A stretch of 64,000 nt of DNA from Dehalococcoidia bacterium (GCA_963662615.2 CAXXSR010000001.1:1248001-1312000); one strand, 5' to 3'; shown: positions 39,123 through 49,651, counted from the stretch's first letter. The notes: generated from the sequence alone by a model not told the origin. Made by a program: numbers and translations.

Positions 39123-39764
39123 GTGCCTGAAATCACGGAGATTCACCGCCGCGGGCGGACGGTCACCGTGGCCTTCAACGAAGGGCCACCGCTCCACTGC
39201 GACCGCCAATTCCTCCGCACCCACCTCTTCGCCGTGGGTCATTCCATCGCGGCGCCGGCCTTAGAGGACGTCCGCCGGGAAGCGTTACGGCACGAGGCCA
39301 ACACGGCCGCCCTGCGTTGGTTGGCGCCCCGGCCGCGCAGCCGCGCGGAGGTGGAGCAGCGGCTGCGGCGGCGCGGCACACCGGCGGACGTGATCGCTGC
39401 CACGCTGTCCACCCTGGAGGCGCAGGGCTACCTGAATGACGGCGCCTTCGCCGTCGCCTGGACCGACGAGCGCGTACGCTTGCGCCCGCGTGCGCGGCGG
39501 ATGATCCAAGCGGAGCTGCGGACCCAGGGCGTGGACGCTGCCATCGCAGAGGGGGCCACCGCCGACGTCGACGACGGCGCCCTGGCGAAGCGGCTCGCGC
39601 AGACGCGCGCGAGCCGCTTCTCCGGCACCTGGGACGACTTTCGCCGCCGGGTGGGGGGCGCGCTGCGGCAGCGAGGGTTCTCCTTTGACGTTGCTGAGCA
39701 CGCCCTGCGGGCAGCGTGGCAGGGGCGACCTGGCGGGGATGACGACGATCCGCCGCCCCCCTGA
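39123..39764 (+). CDS. recX: Regulatory protein RecX
   Basis: RPRSRAEV, GYLND..FA, ELRTQGV, LRQRGF; directly after recA. Confidence 0.9.
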   Translation: MPEITEIHRRGRTVTVAFNEGPPLHCDRQFLRTHLFAVGHSIAAPALEDVRREALRHEANTAALRWLAPRPRSRAEVEQRLRRRGTPADVIAATLSTLEAQGYLNDGAFAVAWTDERVRLRPRARRMIQAELRTQGVDAAIAEGATADVDDGALAKRLAQTRASRFSGTWDDFRRRVGGALRQRGFSFDVAEHALRAAWQGRPGGDDDDPPPP

Positions 39765-39932
39765 CTTGGCGGCTTCCCCACTGCTGGAGACAACCTCCCC
39801 CTGTAGCGACGCAAGTAGCGCTCCGCCGCGTCGCCCCGTAGGATGAGCACGAGCATCAGGGAGCGAGTTCGGTTTGATTCGCCAACTTCACCTACCAGGT
39901 GATCAATCTACTGATCAGTTAGCGAGGACACC

Positions 39933-41423
39933 ATGTTGGGAGCCCTTTTACGGCTCCTGCGCGGCAGGAGAGGGCGTCAGCCTGACCCGCGCGAACAAGC
40001 CAGGTTGGAGGCCGAACAGATCCTCCAACGGGCAGAGCAGGAAGCCCGTGCCAAACAGCTTCAAGCGCAAGAGGAATCGCTGCGCATCCGTCAGGAGATG
40101 GAGTCCGATGTCCGCACAACGCGGACCGAAGTTCAGCGCCACGAAGACCGCCTCATTAAGCGCGAGGACCAGCTAGAGCGCAAAGCGACCGATCTGGAGC
40201 GGCGCGACGAAGGGCTGCGCAGTCGCGACGGCCTGTTGGACGATCGCGAAAGCGGGATCGACCAGCTCATCGCCGAGCAACAGCGACAGCTGGAACAGAT
40301 TGGCCAGCTCACCAGCGAGGAGGCGCGCGAGCGCCTGCTCACGCAAATCGACGCGGAAGTCCGCGACGAGGCGATCCGCCGCCTCCGCGAAGCGGATGTG
40401 CGGTACAAGGAAGAGGCAGAAGAGAAGGCCCGGAAATACATCGCCACCGCCCTGCAGCGCGTCGCTTCGGAAGTGACCACGGAAACCACCGTCTCCGTTA
40501 TCCCTATTCCGAGCGACGAGATGAAAGGGCGGATCATTGGCCGCGAAGGCCGCAACATCCGCGCCCTGGAGGCGGCCACCGGCTGCGACGTGATCATCGA
40601 CGACACTCCCGAAGCGGTGACGCTCTCCGCCTTCGATCCCGTCCGCCGCGCCGTCGGCAGGATCGCCATGAGCCGGCTGGTCGCGGACGGCCGCATCCAC
40701 CCTGCCCGCATCGAGGAGCAGGTCGAGAAGGCCCGCAAGGAGGTGGACGCCACCATCCGCGAGGCCGGCGAAGAAGCCGCGATTGAGGCGAAATGCCAGG
40801 GGCTGCCCCGCGACATCCTGCACCTCTTCGGCCGGCTCAAATACCGCACGTCCTACGGGCAGAACCAGCTCACTCACGCCGTGGAGACGGCCCACATTGG
40901 CGCCATGCTCGCAGAGGAGTTGGGCGCCGACCCCGAGGTGGTCCGGCGCGGGGCCCTCTTGCACGATCTCGGCAAGGCCGTCGACCACGAAGTGGAAGGG
41001 ACGCACGCCCTCATTGGCGCGGACATCGCCCGCCGCTTCAAGGTCAGCGAGCCTATCGTTCACTGCATTGAGGCGCATCACGAAGAGGTCGAAATGCATA
41101 GCGTTGAAGCCGTCATCGTGCAGATGGCGGACGCGATCTCCGGCGGCCGGCCCGGGGCACGGCGCGAGTCCGCCGAGCGGTACGTGGAGCGGCTCCGCGC
41201 CCTGGAGGAGATCGCCAACTCCTTCGACGGGGTGGACCGCTGCTTCGCCATCCAAGCGGGGCGGGAGGTTCGCGTCATCGTGAATCCCAAGAAGGTCGAC
41301 GACCTGGAGTCCATGCGCATGGCGCGCGACATCAGCAAGCAGATTGAAACCAGCTTGCAATACCCCGGGCAGATCCGCGTCACCGTCATGCGAGAGACAC
41401 GGGCGACGAAGGTAGCCCGCTAG
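39933..41423 (+). CDS. rny: Ribonuclease Y
   Basis: Coiled coil, KH (MKGRIIGREGRNIR), HD (LLHDLGK), RPGAR, AIQAGREVRV. Confidence 0.97.
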   Translation: MLGALLRLLRGRRGRQPDPREQARLEAEQILQRAEQEARAKQLQAQEESLRIRQEMESDVRTTRTEVQRHEDRLIKREDQLERKATDLERRDEGLRSRDGLLDDRESGIDQLIAEQQRQLEQIGQLTSEEARERLLTQIDAEVRDEAIRRLREADVRYKEEAEEKARKYIATALQRVASEVTTETTVSVIPIPSDEMKGRIIGREGRNIRALEAATGCDVIIDDTPEAVTLSAFDPVRRAVGRIAMSRLVADGRIHPARIEEQVEKARKEVDATIREAGEEAAIEAKCQGLPRDILHLFGRLKYRTSYGQNQLTHAVETAHIGAMLAEELGADPEVVRRGALLHDLGKAVDHEVEGTHALIGADIARRFKVSEPIVHCIEAHHEEVEMHSVEAVIVQMADAISGGRPGARRESAERYVERLRALEEIANSFDGVDRCFAIQAGREVRVIVNPKKVDDLESMRMARDISKQIETSLQYPGQIRVTVMRETRATKVAR

Positions 41424-41426
41424 GGC

Positions 41427-42197
41427 ATGCGCGTCCTCCTTCTCGGCGACGTGATGGGCAAGGCCGGCCGGCGGGCCCTCGCCGCGCTCGTCCCCCAATT
41501 GCGCCGTGAACTCGACTTGGATTATGTCATTGCCAACGCCGAGAACGCCGCCGCCGGGCGCGGCACCACGGAGAAGATCGCCCGCCAACTGCTCGACTCG
41601 GGCGTTGACGTCCTGACCGGCGGCAACCACACCTGGGCCATCGCCGACTTCGCTGCGGCGCTGGACGGCGATCTGCCCGTGCTCCGCCCGGCCAACTATC
41701 CCGCTGCGGCGCCCGGCCGCGGCGTCTGGCACAACTCCCGCCTCGCGGTGCTCAATCTGATCGGGCGGACCTTCATGGCGCCGCTCGACGATCCCTTCGC
41801 GGTGGCGGACAGGCTGCTTGACGAGCTCCCTGACGGACTGCACGTCGTGGTCGACTTCCACGCCGAGGCCACCGCGGAGAAGCAAGCCCTCGGCTGGCAC
41901 CTGGATGGCCGCGTCGCGGCCGTCGCGGGCACCCACACGCACGTGCCCACCGCTGATGCGCGTATCCTGCCCGGCGGCACCGGCTTCGTCACGGACATCG
42001 GCATGTGCGGGGCGCGGGACTCCATCATCGGCACGGAGGTCAAGCCGGCCTTGCAACGATTCCTCACCGGCCTGCCAACACGGCTCCCCCCGGAAGAGAA
42101 GGGCCCTCTCGTCTTCTCATCGCTGCTGGTGGACATCGACGAAGCAACGGGCCACGCGCGCGCAGTCGAGCGCGTTGACCGCACCCTGGACGCCTGA
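41427..42197 (+). CDS. ymdB: YmdB-family metallophosphoesterase (TIGR00282)
   Basis: GDVMG, NAENAA, GNH, LRPANYP, DFHAEAT, GTHTHVPTAD. Confidence 0.93.
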   Translation: MRVLLLGDVMGKAGRRALAALVPQLRRELDLDYVIANAENAAAGRGTTEKIARQLLDSGVDVLTGGNHTWAIADFAAALDGDLPVLRPANYPAAAPGRGVWHNSRLAVLNLIGRTFMAPLDDPFAVADRLLDELPDGLHVVVDFHAEATAEKQALGWHLDGRVAAVAGTHTHVPTADARILPGGTGFVTDIGMCGARDSIIGTEVKPALQRFLTGLPTRLPPEEKGPLVFSSLLVDIDEATGHARAVERVDRTLDA

Positions 42198-43057
42198 TGG
42201 CGCGCGCCGATTTCCACGCGCACAGCACTCAGTCGGACGGCGTCTTATCGCCGCGTGAACTCGTCGCCAAGGCCGCGGCCCGCGACGTGGCGATCCTGGC
42301 CCTCACCGACCATGACACGACCGAAGGCGTCGCCGAGGCCGTCGCAGCAGGCCGGGAGTTCGGCCTGCGCGTGATTCCGGGCGTGGAGCTCAGCGCCGAC
42401 CTGGCGGATGGTGGCGACGCGCATCTTCTGGGCTACTTCCGCACGGTGGAGAGCCGGCGGCTGCAAGACTACCTTGCCGCCCTGCGCCGCGGACGCATGC
42501 AGCGCGGGCGCATCATGCTGGCCAAGCTGGACGCGCTGGGGATGCCGTTGCGGTGGGAGCGGGTGCAAGCCATCGCCGGCGAGGCGGCGGTGGGACGGCC
42601 TCACGTCGCCCGGGCAATGGTCGAGCGCGGCTACGTGGCGAGCTTGCGTGAAGCGTTCGACAAATACCTCCACACCGGGGGGCCTGCGGACGCGCCGCGC
42701 GAGAAGCTCTCACCCAAGGACGCGATTGAGCTGGTCCGCGAGGCGGGCGGCGTCGCTGTCCTCGCCCACCCCTCCTTCTTGCTGGACGCAGAGGCGGCCG
42801 TCTCCCAGCTCGCATCCGTCGGCCTGCAAGGGTTGGAGGTCTTCTACAAGAACTATACGGAGCCAGAGATCGCCACCTTCAAGGCGCTCGCGGATGCCCA
42901 CGGCCTCCTGCCCCTGGGCGGGTCCGACTATCACGGCATCCATGACGATGAACGCGAGCCCGGCGACATCCCCCTCCCCGACGATGTGATCGACGCCTTC
43001 CTTGCCTTTGCAGAATCGCAGTGGACGGCCGCGGCGGCGAAACCCTCAACGCCATGA
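42197..43057 (+). CDS. PHP domain protein (TrpH/YciV-like)
   Basis: [32 protein letters not shown]. Confidence 0.92.
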   Translation: MARADFHAHSTQSDGVLSPRELVAKAAARDVAILALTDHDTTEGVAEAVAAGREFGLRVIPGVELSADLADGGDAHLLGYFRTVESRRLQDYLAALRRGRMQRGRIMLAKLDALGMPLRWERVQAIAGEAAVGRPHVARAMVERGYVASLREAFDKYLHTGGPADAPREKLSPKDAIELVREAGGVAVLAHPSFLLDAEAAVSQLASVGLQGLEVFYKNYTEPEIATFKALADAHGLLPLGGSDYHGIHDDEREPGDIPLPDDVIDAFLAFAESQWTAAAAKPSTP

Positions 43058-43503
43058 CCGAGTTCGACGCCCGCCGGATTCTGGACACCATCCCGCATCG
43101 CTACCCCTTCCTCCTCGTCGATCGCATTGTTGAGCTGGAGGAGGGCCGCCGGGCGGTGGGGATCAAAAACGTCAGCGCCAATGAATGGTTCTTCCCGGGC
43201 CACTTTCCCGGCAACCCCATCATGCCGGGGGTGCTCATCGTGGAAGCGCTGGCGCAGGTAGGCGCCGTGGCGCTGTTGAGCAGTCCGCAGTTCCGCGGAA
43301 AGCTCGGCCTCTTCGCCGGCATTGACAAGGCCCGCTTTCGCCGGCTCGTGCGCCCCGGCGACCAGTTGCGTCTCCAGGTGACGCTGGAGCGACTGCGGGG
43401 GTCGTTGGGCAAGGCGGCGGGCGTCGCCACCGTTGACGGCGAAATCGCCGCCGAAGGCCTCTTGACGTTCGCGATCGTGGACTCGCCGGCAGCGGACGGC
43501 TAG
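43054..43503 (+). CDS. fabZ: 3-hydroxyacyl-ACP dehydratase
   Basis: [29 protein letters not shown]. Confidence 0.97.
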   Translation: MTEFDARRILDTIPHRYPFLLVDRIVELEEGRRAVGIKNVSANEWFFPGHFPGNPIMPGVLIVEALAQVGAVALLSSPQFRGKLGLFAGIDKARFRRLVRPGDQLRLQVTLERLRGSLGKAAGVATVDGEIAAEGLLTFAIVDSPAADG

Positions 43504-43522
43504 CCGCCGGCGCGGCCCGCCT

Positions 43523-43906
43523 TCAGAGCCGGATCGCCGCCCACAGGACCAAGAGCACGGCCACACTGACGCTGGTAGTCAGCGCGATCCAGCGCATGTC
43601 GCCGCGGACGTAGCGAAAGTCGTGCGCCATCGCCAGCCGTCGTGAGGCGCGGCCGCTCACGGATTGTCGCGGTCCCCCACGTGATCGCTGGGGACGCTGG
43701 GCCGGCGGGCGGGCGGCGGGCAGCGTGACACTGCCACCAAAGGTGGCGCCACCGGCCGGCGCTTGCGCCGCACCGGGCGCGGCGGTCGGAGTCTCGTTTT
43801 GCGCCGACCGGCCCTTACGCTTGCGACCGCGACGGCCCGGCAAGGGGGAACCGCTCCCGCCCTTGCGAGACGCCTGAGGCCGGCCGCCGCGTTGTCCTCG
43901 TGCCAC
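43523..43906 (-). CDS. Hypothetical basic protein with C-terminal TM helix
   Basis: Arg/Gly-rich N-terminus, HDFRYVRGDMRWI, then hydrophobic C-terminus; TATACT (43933-43928) and GAAGGG upstream. Confidence 0.7.
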   Translation of the reverse strand: MARGQRGGRPQASRKGGSGSPLPGRRGRKRKGRSAQNETPTAAPGAAQAPAGGATFGGSVTLPAARPPAQRPQRSRGGPRQSVSGRASRRLAMAHDFRYVRGDMRWIALTTSVSVAVLLVLWAAIRL

Positions 43907-43998
43907 GGACTACTGCCCTTCATCTTAAGTATACGCACCAGCGCGGCCACCCCAGGGGCGCACGCGCCTCCGGCCGAGCTGGTTCCACACCGCCGCGA

Positions 43999-44027
43999 TT
44001 GACCCACGATCGGGCGCTTCCTAGACT
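43999..44027 (+). promoter_or_regulatory. Sigma70-type promoter of tRNA-Asp
   Basis: TTGACC, 17 nt, TAGACT, ending 9 nt before the tRNA. Confidence 0.75.
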
Positions 44028-44036
44028 CGCTTGAGG

Positions 44037-44113
44037 GGCCCCGTGGTGTAGCGGCCAAACACGCCACCCTGTCAAGGTGGAGATCGGCGGTTCGAATCCG
44101 CTCGGGGTCGCCA
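44037..44113 (+). tRNA. tRNA-Asp (GTC)
   Basis: Acceptor stem GGCCCCG/CGGGGTC, anticodon arm CCACC-CTGTCAA-GGTGG, GGTTCGAATCC T-arm, encoded CCA; 77 nt. Confidence 0.98.
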
Positions 44114-44262
44114 AACCCACCCATCCGCAGGGACAGCGCAGGCACGCCCATCTGCTCGCGGGGCGCTGGCGTCCAGCAAGCCCGGAGATGCGCGGGCGAC
44201 GTCGTTGCCCGCCGCCCGTCAGCCACTGATCGACGTCCGAACCGTCGACGCTCAGACGCGAA

Positions 44263-44293
44263 CTCGCCTCGCGAGGCACCCTCGCGAGGCGAG
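44263..44293. terminator. Perfect 14-bp inverted repeat between convergent tRNA-Asp and amidohydrolase
   Basis: CTCGCCTCGCGAGG-cac-CCTCGCGAGGCGAG; no U tract, so the terminator role is tentative. Confidence 0.5.
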
Positions 44294-44358
44294 CCGAATC
44301 AGCTCATCGCACGTCGGCTATCGCGGCGGCGGCGGCGCGAGCGGCGCCGCTGCGAAAT

Positions 44359-46104
44359 CTACCGCTCCGCGCGGCCCCCACGCAGCAGCGCTCCGGGGGT
44401 GGCGCCGGTGCACTCGCCGTCCTCAAAGGTGACCTCGCCATTCACGAGCGTCCAGCGGTACCCCTCCGCTCGCTGCACGCGCCTCCACTCGTCGCCTGGG
44501 AGATCGTGCACCACCACGGAGTCATGCTCGGGCACGCTCTTCAGATTGTCGAAGTCGTAGACCACGATGTCCGCGGCCATGCCCTCGCGGAGATAACCGC
44601 GGTCTTTGAACCCGCCCGCGTGGGCCGGCAAGGCGCTCAGGCGGTAGTGGGCCTCCTCCAGTGTGAGTTTCTGCGTGTCGCGCACCAGCCAGGTGAGGAA
44701 GTTCGTGGTGTAGGCGCCGCCGACCAGGAACTTCGTGTGGGCGCCGCCGTCGGAGATGCCCGGCATCGTGTAGGGCGAGAGCATCAGCTGGCTGACCTTC
44801 TCCGGGTCGTTGCTCGAGACGTCCTCGGTTTGGAATTCGGCCGTGAGGTCGCTTGCCACGGCGATGTCCAGGGCCACGTCCAGCGCGTCCTTGGCTTCCG
44901 TCTTCGCGATCTCTCCCACAACCCGTCCCTGATACTTGTCCAACTCCGAGTGGTTGCCCACGGACCGGACGGTCCACTTGTCAACCGTCCCACCCAGCAC
45001 CTCGGTGAGCAGCAGGTGCTCCTCAGCCTTCATCTGCGCGCGCAGCTCCGGGTCCGCGAGCTTCTCCATCTTGTCGGCATGCGTGCCCGTGGTCGCCCGC
45101 GCCCACGCGGGGCTGCTGTCGAAAAGATTCCAGTCTTCCATGGTCAAGACGGTCCACTGGCGGTGGGTGAAGCCTTGACCGAAGAGAGCCAGGCCGCGCG
45201 CGTTGGAATTCTCCAGCCAGCGCATCTGAGTGCGATGGAAGTCCGGGCTGGTGTCGAAGGCGGCGACCACGTTAAAGAGAACCGGACGGCCGCTCACCTA
45301 AGCCAGCTGCTCCACGAAACGGTAATCGGCGTTGCCTTCAACGTTGGCTGCAAAGTCACCCTCAGCGGTGCTTTGGGTGATCTGGATCAGCCCCTCGTCC
45401 CGCTCGCGCAGGACCTCCGCCAAGGCCAGCACGTCTTCGTCCGTCATCAGGTCCGTCGGCATCGGCGTTCCGTCGTAGTCCGACTGCACGGAATTCTTGC
45501 CGAACCGCTGGATGGACCAGCCGCACCCGCCGGCCTCGATGCCCTCGCTGAGCAGCCGTTGAATCTCGCGGCGCTCTTCGTCCGTCGCGCCGCGGCTCTT
45601 GGCAGCCTCCAGGCCCATCACCCAGACCATGAGCGGGGAGAGCGGGACGTAGCTGAGGCAGTTCACCCCCTTGGGCATGCGTCCCAGCGAATCCATCCAC
45701 TCGGGGAATGTAACCCAGTCCCACAGCATCGCAGCCTGCATGGACCCCAGCGGGATGGCCTCGTTGCGCGACATCATCAGCATGGCGCGATCGCGCTCGT
45801 CCGCCCGCACCGGAGCGAAGCCGAAACCACAGTTCCCCAGCGCCACCGAGGTCACCCCGTGCCAGCCGGAGATCGTGCACCACGGGTCCCACTGAATCTG
45901 CGCATCGTAGTGGGTATGCAGATCGACGAACCCCGGCGCCACGATCAGCCCGCTCGCATCAATGACAGTCCCGGCGTCGCCGCTCCTGATCCCTCCGATC
46001 TGGGCGATGCGCCCGTCCTTAATGCCCACGTCGGCGCGGAAGCGCGGCACGCGCAGACCATCGACAACCGTGCCGCCCTTGATCAGCGTGTCGAACTCCG
46101 CCAT
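44359..46104 (-). pseudogene. N-acyl-D-amino-acid deacylase-like amidohydrolase interrupted by one in-frame TAG (45300-45298)
   Basis: ORFs 45298-46104 (APGFVDLHTHYDAQ) and 44359-45297 (SDGGAH, GMAADIVVYD, VNGEV..TGATPG) abut in the same frame: EQLA*VSGRP. Confidence 0.85.
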
Positions 46105-46265
46105 CTCCTGTCCCTCCTCGTTGCACGGTCCAACGTACGTATCGGCCGGCGCGAACGCGCCGCAGGTGTCGGGTTGGCCATGCCAGCGCGATTCGCACCG
46201 GGCTCTGTGCTCGTCACCGCCCTCACGAACCGCCGCAGGACCACCCTTGGCGGCATGCTGACGAT

Positions 46266-46303
46266 CGCCTCACGGGCTGTCAAGCGCCTCACGGGCTGTT
46301 AAG
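46266..46303. repeat. 19-bp tandem duplication covering the putative -35 of the amidohydrolase promoter
   Basis: cgcctcacgggctgtcaag / cgcctcacgggctgttaag; on the minus strand TTGACA, 17 nt, CAGCAT. Confidence 0.8.
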
Positions 46304-46344
46304 GCCAGCGTTTGCCAGTGCGATGCGATGCGGAGCCGATCGCG

Positions 46345-46362
46345 TTGTGATGATATTCACTG
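46345..46362. promoter_or_regulatory. CRP/Rex-like palindrome
   Basis: tTGTGA-tgatat-TCACTg, an AT-rich patch in a GC-rich intergenic region. Confidence 0.45.
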
Positions 46363-46654
46363 ACTGCCGGACTACGTCGTCCAGACGTCCGGCGGCCTTG
46401 TTCCCACCTCCCGGCGCGACCGCGACGCCGCCCGCATCCCGCTCTGCGGGCTGTAGTGCCGTCGACGCGAAATCCGGCGCCGTGCGACAGCACCACGGTC
46501 CTGCCATCAGAGGATCCGCATCCGCCCCAGGGCGCTAAAACGAAGCGGCGGACTTCTCGTCCACCGACGGCGCGACGCCAAATGGAAGCAGCGTCGCAGT
46601 CTCGTCCGGCCGGCGGCGGCCGCGCCGATCGGCCCACCGATACCGACGCCACCG

Positions 46655-48076
46655 TCAGTGCAAGTGCCACCTGCGCGGCGCGATCAACGCATCGGCCTCC
46701 TTGGGACCCCAACTCCCCGCCGGGTACAAGCAAAGTTCTGGCGGATCGTCAAGGATCCCCTGGATGACGCGCCATTGCGCGTCAATGCCGTCGGAGCGGG
46801 CGAAAAACGTTTGGTCGCCCTGCATGGCGTCCAGAAGCAGCCGTGTGTAGGCATCCCGCGACTCGCGCTCAAACGTCTCGGCAGTGCGGAAGTGCAAATC
46901 CACCGGGGTCACCCGCAGCGCCGAACCGGGCATCGTGGACTGAATACTCAGCGTGACCCCTTCGTCCGGCTGGATCCGGAACGTCAAGTGGTTCGGCGCC
47001 ACATCCCCGATCGCGGCTTCCTGGAAGAGGCGGATCGGCACATCGCGAAAAGCAACCACCGCCTCCGTCACGCGGCGCTGCAACGCCTTGCCGGTCCGCA
47101 GATAGAACGGCACGCCGGCCCAACGCCAATTGTCCACGAACAGTTCGAAGGCCATGAATGTCTCGCGGGACGAGGAGGGATCGACGTTGTCCTCATCGTG
47201 GTAGGCCGGCACACGGGCGCCGGCCGCCTCGCCCGCGGTGTACTGCCCGCGGATTGTGCGCGCCGGATCGAGCGGCCGTACTGCGCGGAAAAGCTTGGCC
47301 TTCTCATCACGCAAGGCGCGCGCATCAAACGCAGCCGGCGGCTCAATGGTCAAGAATGCCAGCACCTCCAGGAGGTGGTTCTGGGCCATGTCACGGCCGG
47401 CCCCGACCGTTTCGTAGTAGTCGCCCCGCCCATCGATCCCCCCCGACTCGGCCACGGTGATCTGCACGTGATCAATGACGCTGCGGTCCCAGACTCGCTC
47501 GAACAGGCTGTTCCCGAAGCGCAGCACCAGCAAGTTCTGGACCGCCTCCTTCGCCAGGTAATGATCGATCCGGAAGATCTGGGACTCATCAAAGACGTCA
47601 TGGAGGACGCGATTGAGATTTTTGGCGGAAGCGCGATCCCAGCCAAACGGCTTCTCCAGCAACAGTCGGGTGCCGTCGACCAGATCGTTCTCGGCGATGT
47701 CCTGAACGATCGGCGCGTGGACGGTTGGCGGCACAGCCAGGTAGACGATCCGCTTGCTCTCCTCGCTGCGATGCTTCAGTTCCGGGACACCCCCTTCGCG
47801 GGCGCACACGAACGCGAGCCGTTGTTCGAACTCGAGCCAGGCGCCGTTGCGATCGTCGATCGTGTCCGCCCCCACCGCCTCACGCGCGAGCGTGCGGAAA
47901 TCCTGATCGGACAGGCGCGCGCGGGCATAGCCGACAATGCGGCCGGCGGAGGGAAGCTCCCCCTCGCGGTGCAGTTCATACAGCGCCGGCAGCAGCTTGC
48001 GGCGGCTCAGGTCGCCGGTGGCTCCAATGATGATGATGTCCTGCGCTGTCGGCCGTGGCAGAGCCATGCTGGTCAT
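46655..48076 (-). CDS. zwf: Glucose-6-phosphate 1-dehydrogenase
   Basis: [57 protein letters not shown]. Confidence 0.97.
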   Translation of the reverse strand: MTSMALPRPTAQDIIIIGATGDLSRRKLLPALYELHREGELPSAGRIVGYARARLSDQDFRTLAREAVGADTIDDRNGAWLEFEQRLAFVCAREGGVPELKHRSEESKRIVYLAVPPTVHAPIVQDIAENDLVDGTRLLLEKPFGWDRASAKNLNRVLHDVFDESQIFRIDHYLAKEAVQNLLVLRFGNSLFERVWDRSVIDHVQITVAESGGIDGRGDYYETVGAGRDMAQNHLLEVLAFLTIEPPAAFDARALRDEKAKLFRAVRPLDPARTIRGQYTAGEAAGARVPAYHDEDNVDPSSSRETFMAFELFVDNWRWAGVPFYLRTGKALQRRVTEAVVAFRDVPIRLFQEAAIGDVAPNHLTFRIQPDEGVTLSIQSTMPGSALRVTPVDLHFRTAETFERESRDAYTRLLLDAMQGDQTFFARSDGIDAQWRVIQGILDDPPELCLYPAGSWGPKEADALIAPRRWHLH

Positions 48077-48196
48077 CCCTTCCGCGCTTGAGCCAAAGGC
48101 CCAAGGGTAGGGTACGGCCGCCGCACTGCCTCCGTCCGCCTACGCGACTCAACCGCCATTACTCAACGCCCCATCCGCGTCGGCACGACTTAATTA

Positions 48197-49651
48197 TCAA
48201 CGCCGCTCCCCCTTCCACCACCCGAGGCCGAACGCGACCACAGCCGCGACGGCCAGTGTCGCGGGGGAGGACTTCAGCGTCGTTGCGGGGACACGGTCCA
48301 TTTTGCTCACGACCGAGCCTTCGCCGGGATCCAGCGGCGCGGGCCCAGCCCCCGGCCGACGCCAGTTGCGTACCACGACTCCCACGGCTGCCATCGCCAT
48401 GACCGCGAGCGCAACCCGGGCACCCAGCAGGATCCATTCGACGCCCCCGCCGGCGCCGGCGTCCGACGGTGCGCCCGCGATGGCGGCCGGCGCCTGCCCG
48501 GCTTCAGTCACGTGAACCGTGTGCGCACCGATCAACCGCCACGAACCGTCGCGCGAGGCCTGCGCGTAGACGGACAGATCATTCCGACCGGCGGCCAGTC
48601 CTTCCACGTGCAGAGCGAAGCCGGAGGCGGCAAATCCGCCGCCGAACTGCTCCGCAGCGTCCGCTCGGATCAGCCCGTATTCGCTTGATCCGAGATACGT
48701 TCCCGTCTCCATGTCGCCGGCGTAAAGCGCTACCGCATCGATCCCCGGGCCCACGGCCGCCTGCGCATCGATCGCCCAGCCCGTGACTGGAACCGGCCCC
48801 GACACCTGATCCGGCGGCGGCGGATCGATGTGCCCGCGCACATCCACCGCCGGCAGATCCGCGTCAATGACCACTGTATAGGTCGCCACGAGGGCCCAGC
48901 GATCATCCACGGTCGTGTGCGCGTAGATCGAAAGTTCCTGCCGCCCGCCAGCGAGGTCGGCAAGATTCACCGCATACCCGGCAGGGGCGAAGCGTACTCC
49001 GAAGCGTTGCTCCACGTCGCTCCGCTCCGAGCCGTATTCGGCATCCGCCAGCCAGCGACCCAATTCAATCTCGCCGGCGTAGATGGCCACGGAATCCACG
49101 CCTGTGTCGGTTCTCGCGCTTGCATCCAACGCCCAGCCCGTGACCGGAACGGGAAGCCCTAGTGTGTCCGCCGGTGGCGGGTCCACATGCCCAACGAGAT
49201 TGGGAGAGTCAATGTCAACGCGGAAGCTTGCCAGTCTGCTCCACGCGCGTTCACCCGCCACTCGGAGATACACCGACAGTTCATGCGCACCGGGCGGGAG
49301 GGCGGTGACCGAAATGGCGAAACCCGACTCCGCAAAAGAGGCGCCCAGCGCCGTCGCAATGTCTCGGCGATCGAGCCCGTACGTCCCCTCCGTCACAAAG
49401 CGCCCGGGATATTGGGGGGCTTCGATCAGCACGACTGAATCGATCCCGGGCCCCTCGGACGCCGAGGGGTCCACCGCCCAGCCGGACACGGTGAAGGGCA
49501 GCCGGACGGTTCCGGCCGGGATCGCATCCAAACCGCCTCGCACCGGCACCGCCTCGGCCCGCACCGAGGGGCTCAGAGATACCACGAGAACGACGGCGCC
49601 GAAGAGGACGCCGGCGACGAGCCGGACGCGCGCATGGACGAATCGCTTCAT
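48197..49651 (-). CDS. Secreted, membrane-anchored protein with three ~115-aa Ig-like repeats
   Basis: Signal peptide (MKRF...VRA-EA), three repeats with V.GWA.D / G.D.V / YG..R.D / G..EL.VY, then two hydrophobic segments. Confidence 0.8.
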   Translation of the reverse strand: MKRFVHARVRLVAGVLFGAVVLVVSLSPSVRAEAVPVRGGLDAIPAGTVRLPFTVSGWAVDPSASEGPGIDSVVLIEAPQYPGRFVTEGTYGLDRRDIATALGASFAESGFAISVTALPPGAHELSVYLRVAGERAWSRLASFRVDIDSPNLVGHVDPPPADTLGLPVPVTGWALDASARTDTGVDSVAIYAGEIELGRWLADAEYGSERSDVEQRFGVRFAPAGYAVNLADLAGGRQELSIYAHTTVDDRWALVATYTVVIDADLPAVDVRGHIDPPPPDQVSGPVPVTGWAIDAQAAVGPGIDAVALYAGDMETGTYLGSSEYGLIRADAAEQFGGGFAASGFALHVEGLAAGRNDLSVYAQASRDGSWRLIGAHTVHVTEAGQAPAAIAGAPSDAGAGGGVEWILLGARVALAVMAMAAVGVVVRNWRRPGAGPAPLDPGEGSVVSKMDRVPATTLKSSPATLAVAAVVAFGLGWWKGERR

